Below, piece by piece: positions 39,143-50,406 of a stretch of 64,000 bases of DNA. Numbering within the stretch: the stretch's first letter is position 1; every line of letters starts with the position of its first letter. The translations under genes and the position numbers were made by a program. The DNA is from Candidatus Latescibacterota bacterium (GTDB taxonomy: Bacteria; Latescibacterota; UBA2968; GCA-2709665). The notes under the pieces were generated by a model, which made no database searches, was not told where the DNA came from, and saw only the letters and a program-made list of their open reading frames with translations. The stretch spans positions 480,001 to 544,000 of the forward strand of contig CBDDDZ010000002.1 of the NCBI GenBank assembly GCA_965226795.1, written 5' to 3'.

Positions 39143-40792
39143 TCACCAGGCCACGGCATAGCCGTCCCGGCGCGGGTCGGAGCCGCCGATGAGCGTGTTG
39201 GTTTCCGGGAGAATGCGGATAGCCTGGGCGTTGCCGGGGCCGTCCCAGTCGCCCAGGACGCGGAGGTCGTGGCCCCGCCGGGCGAGGCCCTCGCGGACGT
39301 TATCGGAAAACCTGCCTTCGAGCTGCAGGACATCTTCGCAGGTATGCGGGACGGTGGACTCCATCGGGTTCTGCAAGCTGCGCCACCGGGGCGCCTCCAC
39401 GGCCTCCTGCGGGGTCATGCCGAAATCCAGAATATGCGTGATGAGCTGGAGATTGGTCTGCACCTGGGTGTCCGCCCCGGGCGTGCCGCAGACGAGGACG
39501 GGTTTGTTGTTTCGCGTTACGATGACGGGATTCATGGTGTGTCGTACCCGTTTCCCGGGTCTGAGGCAGTTGGGGTGGTTCTCCTCCAGATGCCAGTACG
39601 TCATCCGGTTGTTGAGAAGGATGCCCGTGTTACCCGCGACAAGGCCGGAGCCGAAACCGGATTGGATGGATTGCAGCACGCAGACGGCGTTTCCCCACCG
39701 GTCGGCCGTGCAGAAGCAGGTGGTGTCTTCATGGGATTCGGGCCGCCCGGCGGGAACGTCGATCGCCACGCGGTCAGGATCGATGCGCCGTGCCTGCTGT
39801 TCCGCGTAGGCTTTGGAGAGGAGGCCCTCGAGCGGGATATCCAGCCAGTCGGGATCGGCGACAAAGACTTCCCTGTCCGAGAACGCGAGCTTTTTGGCCT
39901 CCACCATCAGATGGATGCACTCGGCCGTGTTGCAGCCGAGGGACTGGAGATCGAAACGCTCGACGATATTGAGTTCCTGGAGCAGAATGTGGCCGCTGGA
40001 ATTCGGCGGCATCTCATACACGGTGTGCCCGCGGTAGTTGGTGTGGATGGGCTCGGCCCAGTGGGCGTGGTGGTTCGCCAGGTCGTCCATGGTGAGCAGG
40101 CCGCGGTGGGACCGGCTGAATGCAACAATGGCCTCTGCGATGGCGCCTTCGTAAAGAGCCGCCCGGCCTTCGGCACCGATCCGGCGAAGCGTGGCGCCCA
40201 GGTCGTTCTGGCGAAGGACGTCGCCGGGGGCGAAGGTCTGGCCGTCCTTTGTAAACACGTCGCGGGTGAAGGGTTCCGCGGCAAAGCCCGCGGTCCCACC
40301 GGCAAGGCTGCCGGACAATTTGTGGCTGACGGGAAATCCGTTTTCGCAAAGTGAAATAGCGGGATCGAAGACCCGTTCGAGATCGAGAATGCCGTGCCGC
40401 TCGTGGGCGATGAGCCAGCCGTCCACCAGGCCGGGGACGGAGACGCTCAGTATGCCCTTCATGGGAATACCGCCGCGTCTCAAATAGATTTCCCTGGTGG
40501 CCGCAAGCGGGGCGGCGCCGGTGGCGTTGACGGCCGAGACGCCGCCGGTATCCGCCCGGTAGATGAGCAGAAAACCGTCGCCTCCCACCCCCGACGCGGC
40601 GGGTTCGACCACGCCCAGCGCGGCGGCCGTGGCAACCGCGGCGTCGATAGCGTTGCCACCGGCCATAAGTGTGCTGATGCCGGCCTGGGAGGCCAGAGGA
40701 TGGCCGGAGGCGACGAGGCCGTTCTTACCCATCACCGATGGGCGAAAGGCGTGGTGGCCGATACCGTGTGGCGATTGCATGGCATACTCCAT
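39143..40792 (-). CDS. ggt: Gamma-glutamyltransferase family protein
   Basis: GGNAIDAAVA, GGDGF, DTTCF nucleophile site, LNNRM, GSDPRRDG. Confidence 0.9.
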   Translation of the reverse strand: MEYAMQSPHGIGHHAFRPSVMGKNGLVASGHPLASQAGISTLMAGGNAIDAAVATAAALGVVEPAASGVGGDGFLLIYRADTGGVSAVNATGAAPLAATREIYLRRGGIPMKGILSVSVPGLVDGWLIAHERHGILDLERVFDPAISLCENGFPVSHKLSGSLAGGTAGFAAEPFTRDVFTKDGQTFAPGDVLRQNDLGATLRRIGAEGRAALYEGAIAEAIVAFSRSHRGLLTMDDLANHHAHWAEPIHTNYRGHTVYEMPPNSSGHILLQELNIVERFDLQSLGCNTAECIHLMVEAKKLAFSDREVFVADPDWLDIPLEGLLSKAYAEQQARRIDPDRVAIDVPAGRPESHEDTTCFCTADRWGNAVCVLQSIQSGFGSGLVAGNTGILLNNRMTYWHLEENHPNCLRPGKRVRHTMNPVIVTRNNKPVLVCGTPGADTQVQTNLQLITHILDFGMTPQEAVEAPRWRSLQNPMESTVPHTCEDVLQLEGRFSDNVREGLARRGHDLRVLGDWDGPGNAQAIRILPETNTLIGGSDPRRDGYAVAW

Positions 40793-40875
40793 CGTTTAGA
40801 GGTCGATTACCGCCCCACGGCGGTGGGGGCCTTCGGTTGCGCTGCGCCGTACGGGCCTGGCGAAGCAATCGTGGA

Positions 40876-42159
40876 TCAGGCGCTGGAACGGAACATCCCG
40901 GAGTAGGGTGCCGGATCGAGGAACACGCCGCCGCTGCGCCGGTAGTAGTCTTCGTCCAGGACAAATGCGCCCGACCTGGGCGTGAGCCACGGCGCGCCGG
41001 GGATGGGGTACTCCGCAAGCAGGTCGGCCCAGTTGCCGTAGTTTTCCGGGCCGTTGGATTCGATAAGCCCGCCCTTGATGCCGGGGAACGCCGGCAGGCG
41101 GGCGGCGATGTTTTTGTTCCACTCCACCAGGAGGGGAATGCATCCGTTGTCGGCCACGAAACACGGCACGCCCGCCTCCGCCGCGGCGCGGACCATCCGG
41201 AACGCAAGCGAGAGGGTCTTGCCCGCGGGCTTGATGGCGATGGCACCGTACCCCTGGTCGGTCCGCGTGCGCACGTCTTCGACTGTCTGTACGCTCTCGT
41301 CCGCCGCGAAACGGGCCGGCAGGTCGCCCACGTCGATCTCATCGGGATCCTGAAAGGGCTCTTCGATGAGAACGACGTGCTCGTGAATGCCGGTTTTCCG
41401 AGTGTGGTCCAGCAGGCGGGCCATGGTTTCTCTCTTAGCGTATCGTGCGTTCGCGTCGAGATAGTAGAGAACGTTCCCGGAATCCGTCATCGGCGATTCG
41501 TAGCCCCGTGCAACACCATGGATGCCGTTGAGCCACGCGATGTCCTTTCGGACCATGTCCGCCTCCGCGCCCGGTTGGCCGATCTTGATCTTCAGGATGT
41601 AGACGCCGGTATCCAGGATGCCTTTCAGTTCGTCCATCGGCATCGTGTACCCGACAGCGGGGGCCAGGCCGAGGTGGGTCTGGCGGTTTGCGAGATACGG
41701 ACGGTACGGATCCGGGATGAGATCGTCGAACGTGGTGATCCCGTTACGCTTCGCATGGAGTATCCACGCGGCGTTGTCAAGGGCGACCAGGGCGATGAGC
41801 GTAAACGTGAGTCGCAACCCGGGGTTGCCGGTGACGGTCTTGCCGTAGTCGTGCACCAGCGGGACGAGTTCCGACAACAGGGCGGGCGGGTCCCCGAATT
41901 CGTGGTTCACCGCCTGTTTAAGCGCGAATTCCAGAAGCGCGGACATGAGGATATTGCCGCCGACCTCGGTATGATTCGAAAACACGTCCGGGTCGGACCA
42001 GAGCACGGCCGTGCCGCCCACGCCCACGGCCTCGGTACCGTCTTCGTCTCGAAGGCGCACAATCAGGTTCCACTTTTCGTGGAATGCGGCGCCCTTGAAC
42101 GCGAAGGGCCTGGCGAAGGGTTGTCGCTGGAGTTCCAGATCTGCGTGGACGATTCGCAT
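40876..42159 (-). CDS. Enolase-superfamily protein
   Basis: KIK, LDAN, IEEP, ADES, AIK metal/catalytic pattern. Confidence 0.75.
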   Translation of the reverse strand: MRIVHADLELQRQPFARPFAFKGAAFHEKWNLIVRLRDEDGTEAVGVGGTAVLWSDPDVFSNHTEVGGNILMSALLEFALKQAVNHEFGDPPALLSELVPLVHDYGKTVTGNPGLRLTFTLIALVALDNAAWILHAKRNGITTFDDLIPDPYRPYLANRQTHLGLAPAVGYTMPMDELKGILDTGVYILKIKIGQPGAEADMVRKDIAWLNGIHGVARGYESPMTDSGNVLYYLDANARYAKRETMARLLDHTRKTGIHEHVVLIEEPFQDPDEIDVGDLPARFAADESVQTVEDVRTRTDQGYGAIAIKPAGKTLSLAFRMVRAAAEAGVPCFVADNGCIPLLVEWNKNIAARLPAFPGIKGGLIESNGPENYGNWADLLAEYPIPGAPWLTPRSGAFVLDEDYYRRSGGVFLDPAPYSGMFRSSA

Positions 42160-42166
42160 TCGCGCC

Positions 42167-43177
42167 TTACTCCCAGCGGGTGAGGTCCAGCAGGACGCCG
42201 AGATAGGCGTCTTTTTCTTGCAGGAGGCCCCGGTATGCCGTGGCGGCCCGGGAGGCCGGCAGGACGTGGGTGAGCAGGGGGGCGACCTTCAGGCGCTCGC
42301 GGGCGATAAAGTCCAGCATGAGTTCGTCGGGGTCCGGGTCGCCGAATTGCGACGCGTCGACCTGCCTGGAGCCGTGCGCGCCGATTACGGACACGCCGGT
42401 GCGGTGAAGATCGAAATAGAGGTCGATTTCGGCGCTGCCGCGCGGGCTGCCCAGAAGGATGACCTGTCCCATCTGGGCGGCGGCCCTGATGGCCTGTGGG
42501 GCGACCTCCGGGTTGCCTGTGGCTTCAACCACGACCTGACAGCCCGCCCCGTTCGTAAGCGAGCTGATACGATCCACCAGGTCCTCCGCTACCGGGTTGA
42601 CGCCGGCGTCGATGCCGCAGGCCTTCGAGATGGCGAGCCGCTCCGGAACCGAATCTATGCCAATGACCCGGCGGGCGCCTGACAGATTCATCAACTGCGC
42701 CGCCAGGTTGCCGACGAGGCCCTGACCGAACACGGCAACGGTATGTCCGAGGCGGACGCTTGAAAGGCGTACGGCCGTTAATGCAATCTGTGCGAGTACC
42801 GCGAACGGAGCATGTTCAATCGCCAGGTTTTCAGGTAGCTTCAGCGGGGCCCGGCGCGAAGAGACGAGGGAATGGGAGGCGTGCTTTCCCCTCACGTAAA
42901 CCAGGTCGCCTTCCTGGACGGTTTCGACCTCGCGGCCGGCAAGCAGCACACGGCCCACGGAGGCGTAACCGGGGTAGAAGGGATATTTAGCGTAGCCGAA
43001 GTCCCGCAGCGGGAAACCCACGTGTGTCTGCGTGAACATCGCCAGTTCGGTACCGGGGCTGATGAGGCCGTAGAGGTTTTCGACCAGGACTTCGCCGGGT
43101 CCCGGGGTGTCCCGGACCTCGACGTCGACGGTTTCGACTTTCATTTTTTCCGAGAAAACGAGCTGTCTGGCCTTCAT
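42167..43177 (-). CDS. Zinc-binding (MDR) alcohol dehydrogenase
   Basis: ISPGTE, PGY, GQGLVG, EATG. Confidence 0.85.
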   Translation of the reverse strand: MKARQLVFSEKMKVETVDVEVRDTPGPGEVLVENLYGLISPGTELAMFTQTHVGFPLRDFGYAKYPFYPGYASVGRVLLAGREVETVQEGDLVYVRGKHASHSLVSSRRAPLKLPENLAIEHAPFAVLAQIALTAVRLSSVRLGHTVAVFGQGLVGNLAAQLMNLSGARRVIGIDSVPERLAISKACGIDAGVNPVAEDLVDRISSLTNGAGCQVVVEATGNPEVAPQAIRAAAQMGQVILLGSPRGSAEIDLYFDLHRTGVSVIGAHGSRQVDASQFGDPDPDELMLDFIARERLKVAPLLTHVLPASRAATAYRGLLQEKDAYLGVLLDLTRWE

Positions 43178-43309
43178 GGTGTATCCTTCTCGCTGGATGC
43201 CGGCGCAACCTGCCCTCCGCGCCTCCATTGGGGTTTTCGATGGCGGATATGACCGGCTACGGGTCCGTGGACCCCGTTCCGCCACCCGGTTGAAATCCGA
43301 TTCCGTCCG

Positions 43310-44662
43310 TCAATGTCCCAATCCGATACCAGTCAGACCGGATGTATCCACGGAGCCGTCCGTTATATTGAAAACCGAGGGGTAGCGATCCGCCCATATG
43401 CCGTTGGCATCGGGGCAGTATTGTCGCGCGTTACCCTCGATGGCCGTCACCGTGGGCACGCGCGCGGCCAGGCCTGCGGAGTGCAGAAACGAGGCGCCGG
43501 GGCAGGTGAGGTCCTGCACGCATAGAAACATGCCGTATTTTTGTGCGGCGGCGCCCATCAACAGGGCCTGTGACTGACCCTTGCAGGTCTTGAGCGCTAC
43601 GCCGGAATACCCGAGGTCGCGGGCCAGCATCAGGCTCTCGAAATCCTCGAGGGATTCGTCGATCACCACGGGCCGGATTCCGGCGGCTTCGTGCATCTTA
43701 TTCTCCGGGTTGGCGCGGAGGTCGCGGGCCGTGGGCTGCTCGATATAGGCCACGCGTTCGAAGGCGCCGACACTCTTTTCACCTATTTGGGCGAGAAAAT
43801 CCAGGAGGTAGCCCACGTCACGGCATTTCTCGTTGAAATCGAGGGAGTAGGCCCAGTCCGAGACGCCGCGTTCGGCCTGTGTCCGGGCGGTAACGGCGTC
43901 GATATCGCAGACGCGGTCCACGTCCCAGGCCAGGTCGTCGCCATTGAGTTTGATTTTCAGGTGAGTCAGGCCGTCCGCGCGGATCCATTCGGGAAGGGTC
44001 TCGGGAAGGCCGTCGCCCAGGCGCTGCTCGATGTGCGCGTCGGTGAGTGGATCGAGGGCGCCGACGAGGTGGTAGATCGGCATCCGCGGCTTGGGGTTCC
44101 GCAGGGTGTACCGGTCCGGATATTCGCCGCTGAAGTCCTCGTTGAGATATCGGGCCAGGTCGTGGTTCATCCATTCGGCGGAGAGACCGTCGTAGGCGTT
44201 GATCCGGTTGACCTTGCCGTAGGCGTCGTGCAGCGCGGCGTCGATCGGGCTGGCGGTAACCAGGGTACAGAGTCTGGGAATGGGCTCCGTCAGGTTCAAT
44301 TCCGCGCCTGTTTCCACGGCGAGGTCGAGAAACCGGGATTCCAGATCCGCCACGATGTCGATGGGATGGCCGCTATCCCTGTGGGTGCGGGTGTAATCGA
44401 CCATACGTTCGCCGAGCCGGACCATCGCCTGCATCGAGTCCTCGAATCCGACGGTCTGAGAGGGAAAGGACCAGGCATTGCCCAGGGGCATGGATCCGAA
44501 ACCGGACGCCCGGGCGCCCGCTCCGTTTTCGACTTCGATGGAAACGTTCATCAGCTTGCAGTGCGTTGTTACCACGCCCCCGAATTTGAGCGGGGTACGG
44601 TAGGGGTAGGCCTCAAAGTCGAGTTCGACGTTGCGGATACGGATATCAGAGGATTTTGGCAT
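43310..44662 (-). CDS. Mandelate racemase / muconate lactonizing (enolase superfamily) protein
   Basis: HLKIKL, LDFNE, IEQP, IDES, ALKTCKG. Confidence 0.8.
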   Translation of the reverse strand: MPKSSDIRIRNVELDFEAYPYRTPLKFGGVVTTHCKLMNVSIEVENGAGARASGFGSMPLGNAWSFPSQTVGFEDSMQAMVRLGERMVDYTRTHRDSGHPIDIVADLESRFLDLAVETGAELNLTEPIPRLCTLVTASPIDAALHDAYGKVNRINAYDGLSAEWMNHDLARYLNEDFSGEYPDRYTLRNPKPRMPIYHLVGALDPLTDAHIEQRLGDGLPETLPEWIRADGLTHLKIKLNGDDLAWDVDRVCDIDAVTARTQAERGVSDWAYSLDFNEKCRDVGYLLDFLAQIGEKSVGAFERVAYIEQPTARDLRANPENKMHEAAGIRPVVIDESLEDFESLMLARDLGYSGVALKTCKGQSQALLMGAAAQKYGMFLCVQDLTCPGASFLHSAGLAARVPTVTAIEGNARQYCPDANGIWADRYPSVFNITDGSVDTSGLTGIGLGH

Positions 44663-44721
44663 AGTCGCTCCGTTGATCGGCACGCGGTGAAGTTGCCGTG
44701 CGATTGCAGCTTTGTGAGTCC

Positions 44722-47408
44722 CTATCCTCCCAGGTGACGTTGCACGCCCGCCTTGAGGGCCGCATCGATGCGCGTGACGCTCTCCTCCAGGTGGGCACGG
44801 GTCTGGCGGTTCAGCCCGGTATCGGAAAGGACGTTCCGGATGGCGGTTGTCAGGGACACGAGGTCGGCGCGTGCCAGCGAGGAGGCGTCGGACGGTGCGT
44901 CGCTGGGTGGTTTCACGACCAGGGCGACGACGTGGTCAAGGTGCATGCGCTGAAGGTTTCGCCGGAAGCTGTTGATGTTGCCGCCGGATTCCAGTTCCGC
45001 CCAGATGGCCTCCCGGAGGCCGTCGAAGAGTTCCGGCATCCCGAATGCGTCGCCGCCTGCCCAGAATTCCATGTCCTGCAGCCTGCCCAGCAGCAGCGGA
45101 TGATACAGCGCGCTCAGGGGGCCGCGCTGGATGCCCAGAATCCGGCTGTGGATCGGATAGTCGAGACGTTGCATGCGCCAGACCGCGCCCGTGAAGCCCC
45201 AGAGGCGTTCGGGGGCGAGTTTCCGCATCAGTTCGGGGGAAAAGTGAAGGCGTCCGGACCGAAGATGTGCGCTTTGAGAAAGTCGAACGCCTCCCGTTGT
45301 CTGGCCGCCTGGACCGGTTCGAACGGAAGCCGGTTGCCGGGGTCGCCCACGTGGTCGCGCCGGTGATAGATACCGCCGATGTACTTCGTGATATTGCGTC
45401 CGGCGAGTAAGTACTCCGTCAGGCCCTGTCCGAACACCCTCCGCAGTTTCTGGTACCGCCTTCCCGGAACCTCGAACGCGCCCTCCATTTTTCGCCAGAG
45501 TTCTTTCGCAAGGGCGATACGATTCCCGTGGAAAGCCAGTGGATCGGCGCCCAGGTCCCAACGATTGACCGTTGGATCGATGCCGCGGGGCGCCCCGAAG
45601 GCGTCTTCATCCGTGCCGTAGGCGACCCTGGGGTCGGCGACTTTGGCGGCGATTTTGTCCAATTCCGCCCGTTCCGCTTCGGGGCTTTCGGCGTCGATGG
45701 GCTTGTACGCGTATTCGATCGCCCATTTGTCGTAGGGACCCAGTGTCGTGGGAAAGTAGTGCCCCTGCTTTTCTCCCTCAGGCGCGATATTGGGGGGCAG
45801 GTAGTCCATTACCGAACTGGACAGGTCCTTTACGGCCTCTTTGTCCTGGAGGCGGTCCGTGGGGTGGAGGGTGCTGGCCTTGAAGTTGTGGCGCAGACCC
45901 AGGGTGTGCCCCATTTCGTGGGCGGCGATCATGGTCAGATAGTCGTTGATGAATTTCTGGCCGCCCTTCCCGGCAAGGTCGATTTCTCCCCGGACGGCCA
46001 GCAGGTTACCCGAAAAGGCGGCCTGGTGCGCAACGCCTTCCGCGTAGTCGCAGAATCCCCGCCAATAGTCCCTCGTTTGATCCTGCACCGGCACAGGGCC
46101 GCCGGCGTCGGATACGGGGTCCACGAATTCCTCGTATTCGCGGAACATCGACCGTGGAAAATCGGCGCTGAAACGGATGCTCGCGTTGAAGAGTTCACCT
46201 GTGAGCGGGTTGGCGCGCGAGGGCCCCTGGGCATAGATCCTGCGCGGATTCACGAACCAGCGGACCATGTTGTAGCGCGCGTCCGCGGCATCCCAATCCG
46301 CGTCGTGCGGCTGCTGCCTGACCACGACGGCTTCCTTGAAGCCGATGCGTTCGAAGGCCTCATTCCACATCAGGAGGCCCTTCTTCAAGGCTTCCCTGTA
46401 TTTCACGGGGATCGTCCTTTCCAACCAGAAGACGATCGGCTGTCTGGGTTTCGACAGTTTTGCCCGGGGATTCTCCTTCTGCAGGTCCCAACGTTCCACG
46501 TACCGGGTGTACGGAGTCTCCTTCTGAACCGTGTTGTAATCCTGGTATATGGTATGGAAGTGGCCGATCCGGTCGTCTCCCAGCCTGGGTCGATAGCTCG
46601 TCCGGGGCAACGTCGAAAGGCTGTAATGGTAAACGTGCTGAAAACTGCGTGGGTCGGGGAAGGTGTAAGCCTCGAATTCGGGGTTGGCCGTGTTGAAGTG
46701 AAGGACGACTTCGATTTCCGTGTTCAGCGGGAAGGATTTCACCTTTCCGAAGTAGCTGTTCTTGCCATCGAACTTGTACTTTACCTTGCGGTCTTTGAAC
46801 GCGGCCGCAACCATGGTGAGGTCCTTGAGGAAAAAACCGCCCGCGTCCACGAGGATGCTCTTCCTTTCCGGATGGGCCTCGCTCTCCACGATTTTCGCGA
46901 CGCTCAGGATGGAATTGGTGACGCTTCGACGGACCGCATCGGCGATCGGGGCGTCCTCGTCCGCCCGGAAGTAGACGTTTTTGTGCAGGAACTGCACGTT
47001 TTTTCCGATGCGTTTGAGGATAAAGGGAAAGCCGTAGTTCATAAAGCTGGGGATCAGGGCGGTGGCGTCGAAGAAATAACCGTCGGCCGCCTCGCGGGTG
47101 ACGGCGCACAGATAGAGTCTGTCGAACTGCCTGGGCTTGATTTCCAGATAGACCTTGGCTTCGTCGTCCTTTCGGTACACGGTAAAAAGACCCTTGACCA
47201 CGTCAAAGTCCTTCGTGACTTCCTCGAAGGTTTTTTTCTTTTTCTTCTTTTCTTTTTCTGCGCTCGAGTCCGCCGCGGCCTCTTTGGCGTCCACTTTCGC
47301 TGTGTCGGGCGCTGTTGTGTCGGGCCTGGCCTCCTCGGCCCTTGCGGACGCGGCCAATACGGTCGCGAAGAAGAGGTATGATATCACGAAAGTGAACCGA
47401 CGCATCAT
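44722..47408 (-). pseudogene. Exported zinc metalloprotease (DUF5117/DUF4953-like), frameshifted near 45240
   Basis: HEMGHTLGLRHNF, SSVMDY; main frame stops at 45228, another frame continues FSPELMRKLAP...RRNLQR to 44722. Confidence 0.75.
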
Positions 47409-47549
47409 TTCCTCCGGGCGGGTTTATGTGGATCCTCGTCTCCAAAAAGCGGAGCGATTGTGCGGCAGCAATCGGGTTGGACGTGTAAGCGCTTTCCAAT
47501 GTTTCCTCAACGTGGAAGGCGCGTTGCCGGAAACCGCCGTGCGCGTGCG

Positions 47550-48023
47550 TCACCCGCTCCGGGCCGACCAGAGTCTCAGCAGAACCCGCACGCCAAGGCC
47601 TGTTATGCACCCCGCGGCGGCGGCCGCGAAGACGACCCATCCGCCCTCCAACAATACCAGCAATACGGCGCTGATGCCGAGCGACAGACCCCAGAAGAGC
47701 CCCGCACCGAGGCTCCAGTCCAGCAGCACCGATACAAAGCCCACGCCCATGGCCGCCGGTATGGCCGCGACAAACCCGACGATCACACCGTCGAACGGGC
47801 CCCAATAGACGCCGGCCCCGGCGCCCAACCCCAGCACCATCCCAATGCCTGTGCTGATGTCGCTGCCCAGACCCACGATCAAACCCAGCGCCAGCCCCCA
47901 TCCCAACCCCAGCCCCATGGCGTGAAGCCAGCCGGACTGCCCGACCATGAAATGCGAATACGGTCCCATCAGGACAAATGCCACGCCGAAAACGAATGCC
48001 CCGTGGATGACTCGCCGCAACAC
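47550..48023 (-). CDS. Gly-rich membrane protein
   Basis: Several hydrophobic Gly-rich helices. Confidence 0.6.
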   Translation of the reverse strand: MLRRVIHGAFVFGVAFVLMGPYSHFMVGQSGWLHAMGLGLGWGLALGLIVGLGSDISTGIGMVLGLGAGAGVYWGPFDGVIVGFVAAIPAAMGVGFVSVLLDWSLGAGLFWGLSLGISAVLLVLLEGGWVVFAAAAAGCITGLGVRVLLRLWSARSG

Positions 48024-48264
48024 CGCTGCTCCTATTCCATTTCCTATCGGTTCAATCCCGCCGACCCACGGAACAATTCGACATGGTGCGGCATGATCCC
48101 GTTGATTGCCGTGTGATTCGGCTGAAGACGGAGACTCCCGGATCCTACTAATGGATATACGGTGATGGTGGAATCGTACGGCAGGAAATGCGGCCGGTCA
48201 TCCCGAGATGTCGGATGCGACCGGACTGTGAATGAGGTGGTTTTTTGGTTACTGAAATAAACTT

Positions 48265-48335
48265 ACATGGATGGACAGGATAAACAGGATTAAGAACCGG
48301 GAGACTTTAATCTTGATCATCCTGTCTATCCATGT
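48265..48335. repeat. Palindromic intergenic repeat, copy A
   Basis: ACATGGATGGACAGGATAAACAGGATTAA...TTAATCTTGATCATCCTGTCTATCCATGT. Confidence 0.8.
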
Positions 48336-48382
48336 TTCTAACCTGCAAGTTGCATATCATGTGTTTCTCGAAATGTCGCGGT

Positions 48383-49669
48383 TCAACCGGCCCGCAGGAC
48401 CTTATCGATGGCGGCGCGAACGATTTTTTCCGACTGCCCGGACACGAAGGCGTCCACCGGCTCGTAGCCACCCTCGGCAAAGGATGTCTCCATAGTGATG
48501 TAACCGGTGCCCAAATCTCCGTATCCCGCCACGGCGACAAAGGCGTCCGGGCGGCTCGCATGCGCGTGGAGCTGGTATTCGATAAAGATCTCGCCCGGTA
48601 AATTCACCACCGCCACCCGGTCGTTGAGATGGATGCAGGTGACGGGAATGGGCCGCTCGCAGCGTCGCAGATACGTCACCATGAGGGCGGCTTTGCTGTG
48701 TCCTTTGGCCCCGGGGGCCGACGACGCTATTTCCGCCAGCAGGTCTTCCTCGACCAGATCCTCCCTCGGCGGCAGCCGAACCGGCTCGACCGTCCAGCGA
48801 ACGCGCTCCAACGGCTGCCGCGTACTGTCTTGCTCCGCTTCCACCATGGCCGTGCGGATGCGCCCGGTGAACAATTCACGGTTGTCTGCCACGCCGTCGT
48901 TGTACTTGCCCGCGGTGACGTTGCCCCCGCAACCGGTGAAGTATATGTGCGGCACCCCGCTTTCTTCCGTGCGGCGGTTGCGCGCCAGGCCGACGAATTC
49001 GGGCGTCACCAGCCCGGTGCCATCCCTACTGGTGGGATGGACGGCATAGTAGTGCAACAGGGCCAGGGCCGTGTCTCCCTGGTAAAAGCCGATCGTCTTG
49101 AGCATGGGGTCGATAACCCCCTCGGGAGCCGCCCTCACCTCCGGATCGGGGGTCTTGGTCCAGCGCACGGCGGCCACCTTGCCGTCCGGCCCCATCACCC
49201 GCCGATTGGAGGCAATCCGGTCGACTCTGGCCTGCCCCACCGAAAGATGCGTGCAGGGCTGCAGCCTGGCTATGGCTTCGCCGGCTGCTTGCGCCGCCTG
49301 CGCCCGTACCCTTTCGGCCCAGTCGCCAGCCATAATGACGTCGGGATGGCCGTGGGCGTCGAGAATGTCCTGTGCATCGCGGTCGGGCCAGGGGGTATCG
49401 TGGGCATGGGTGCAGTGTACGGCCACCCGATCGGCCTCGGTTCCCACGGCCACGGCAATTTCTTCGCGCCAGCGGTCGTAGTCGCCGTTGCTCAATTCGG
49501 CCCAGTCCAGGGTGCACAGGACCATGGGCGATTGATCGTCCGGCGCTAAAATCAAGCCCAGAGCAGCCAGCGGGTCCAGGATGCCTTTGGCCGGAGGATA
49601 CCACCCCGCACAGAGCGGATGGCCCAGCGGCGGCGTCACGTCGGATTGGAAGGTGGCGAGTTGGATCAT
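48383..49669 (-). CDS. Hypothetical hydrolase, neutral-ceramidase-like
   Basis: DVTPPLGHPL, HCTHAHDTP, YAVHP, GCGGNV, LPGEIFIEYQ. Confidence 0.6.
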   Translation of the reverse strand: MIQLATFQSDVTPPLGHPLCAGWYPPAKGILDPLAALGLILAPDDQSPMVLCTLDWAELSNGDYDRWREEIAVAVGTEADRVAVHCTHAHDTPWPDRDAQDILDAHGHPDVIMAGDWAERVRAQAAQAAGEAIARLQPCTHLSVGQARVDRIASNRRVMGPDGKVAAVRWTKTPDPEVRAAPEGVIDPMLKTIGFYQGDTALALLHYYAVHPTSRDGTGLVTPEFVGLARNRRTEESGVPHIYFTGCGGNVTAGKYNDGVADNRELFTGRIRTAMVEAEQDSTRQPLERVRWTVEPVRLPPREDLVEEDLLAEIASSAPGAKGHSKAALMVTYLRRCERPIPVTCIHLNDRVAVVNLPGEIFIEYQLHAHASRPDAFVAVAGYGDLGTGYITMETSFAEGGYEPVDAFVSGQSEKIVRAAIDKVLRAG

Positions 49670-49885
49670 GGCTTCTCCATTATAAGCTGGCACCGGCACA
49701 CCGTGTATGCCTGACAACTCAGATGCGCCTTGCTGACACGGCAAGTCTTGCCTGGCTGACGCAACACGGGGGCCCGGAATTAAAAAAAATAGTGGGCTGA
49801 TGCCAAAGTATAGCGGGAAATACACCCTGTCAACCCGAAACATCAGATCGTGATTGAGGTGATTTCGCGAAAACCGAAGAAACTC

Positions 49886-49946
49886 ACATGGATAGACCTG
49901 TCTGCGTGCGTCCCACACGCACAGGCAGGCAGGATGGGCAGGATAA
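49886..49946. repeat. Half copy (B) of the palindromic repeat with a nested second hairpin
   Basis: ACATGGATAGA[CCTGTCTGCGTGCG..CACGCACAGGCAGG]CAGGATGGGCAGGATAA. Confidence 0.65.
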
Positions 49947-50130
49947 GACTGTGATTCGCGTGATTATCGTGATTAACTATGATTAAACCGCATAAAGAGA
50001 CTGTAATTGATGTGATTTCGGGATAGACCTGGAGGGATTGATGGCGATAAGATGAGATGAGATGTACATCGCTCGGCTGAATCCACGGATGGGCGCCTGC
50101 ACCCTGAGCCTGTCGAGAGACGGTATCATC

Positions 50131-50170
50131 GCTCCCCTCCCCGTGCCGGGGAGGGGCCGGGGGAGGGGTC
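50131..50170. repeat. G/C-rich REP-like palindrome
   Basis: CCCCTCCCCGTGCCGGGGAGGGGCCGGGGGAGGGG. Confidence 0.55.
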
Positions 50171-50374
50171 GCCATCCCCGGCGCGGCAGGCAGGCCGTAA
50201 AGTCCACGCCCTACCCTTGGCCCTTTATCATCAACACGAATCCCTAAACAAGCAGCATGAACAAACATGTATCCATTTTGCGTAGAAGTCACACTGTAAG
50301 ACTCTAAAACCCGTCAATCCTGGTCATCGAGTAGAACGATGTTCCGCGCTGGCAATGGCCTTGCTATCCGTGCC

Positions 50375-50403
50375 TTGACACCGGACGATGAAAATACTAT
50401 ACT
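50375..50403 (+). promoter_or_regulatory. Near-consensus sigma70 promoter
   Basis: TTGACA-N17-TATACT. Confidence 0.65.
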
Positions 50404-50406
50404 TAT

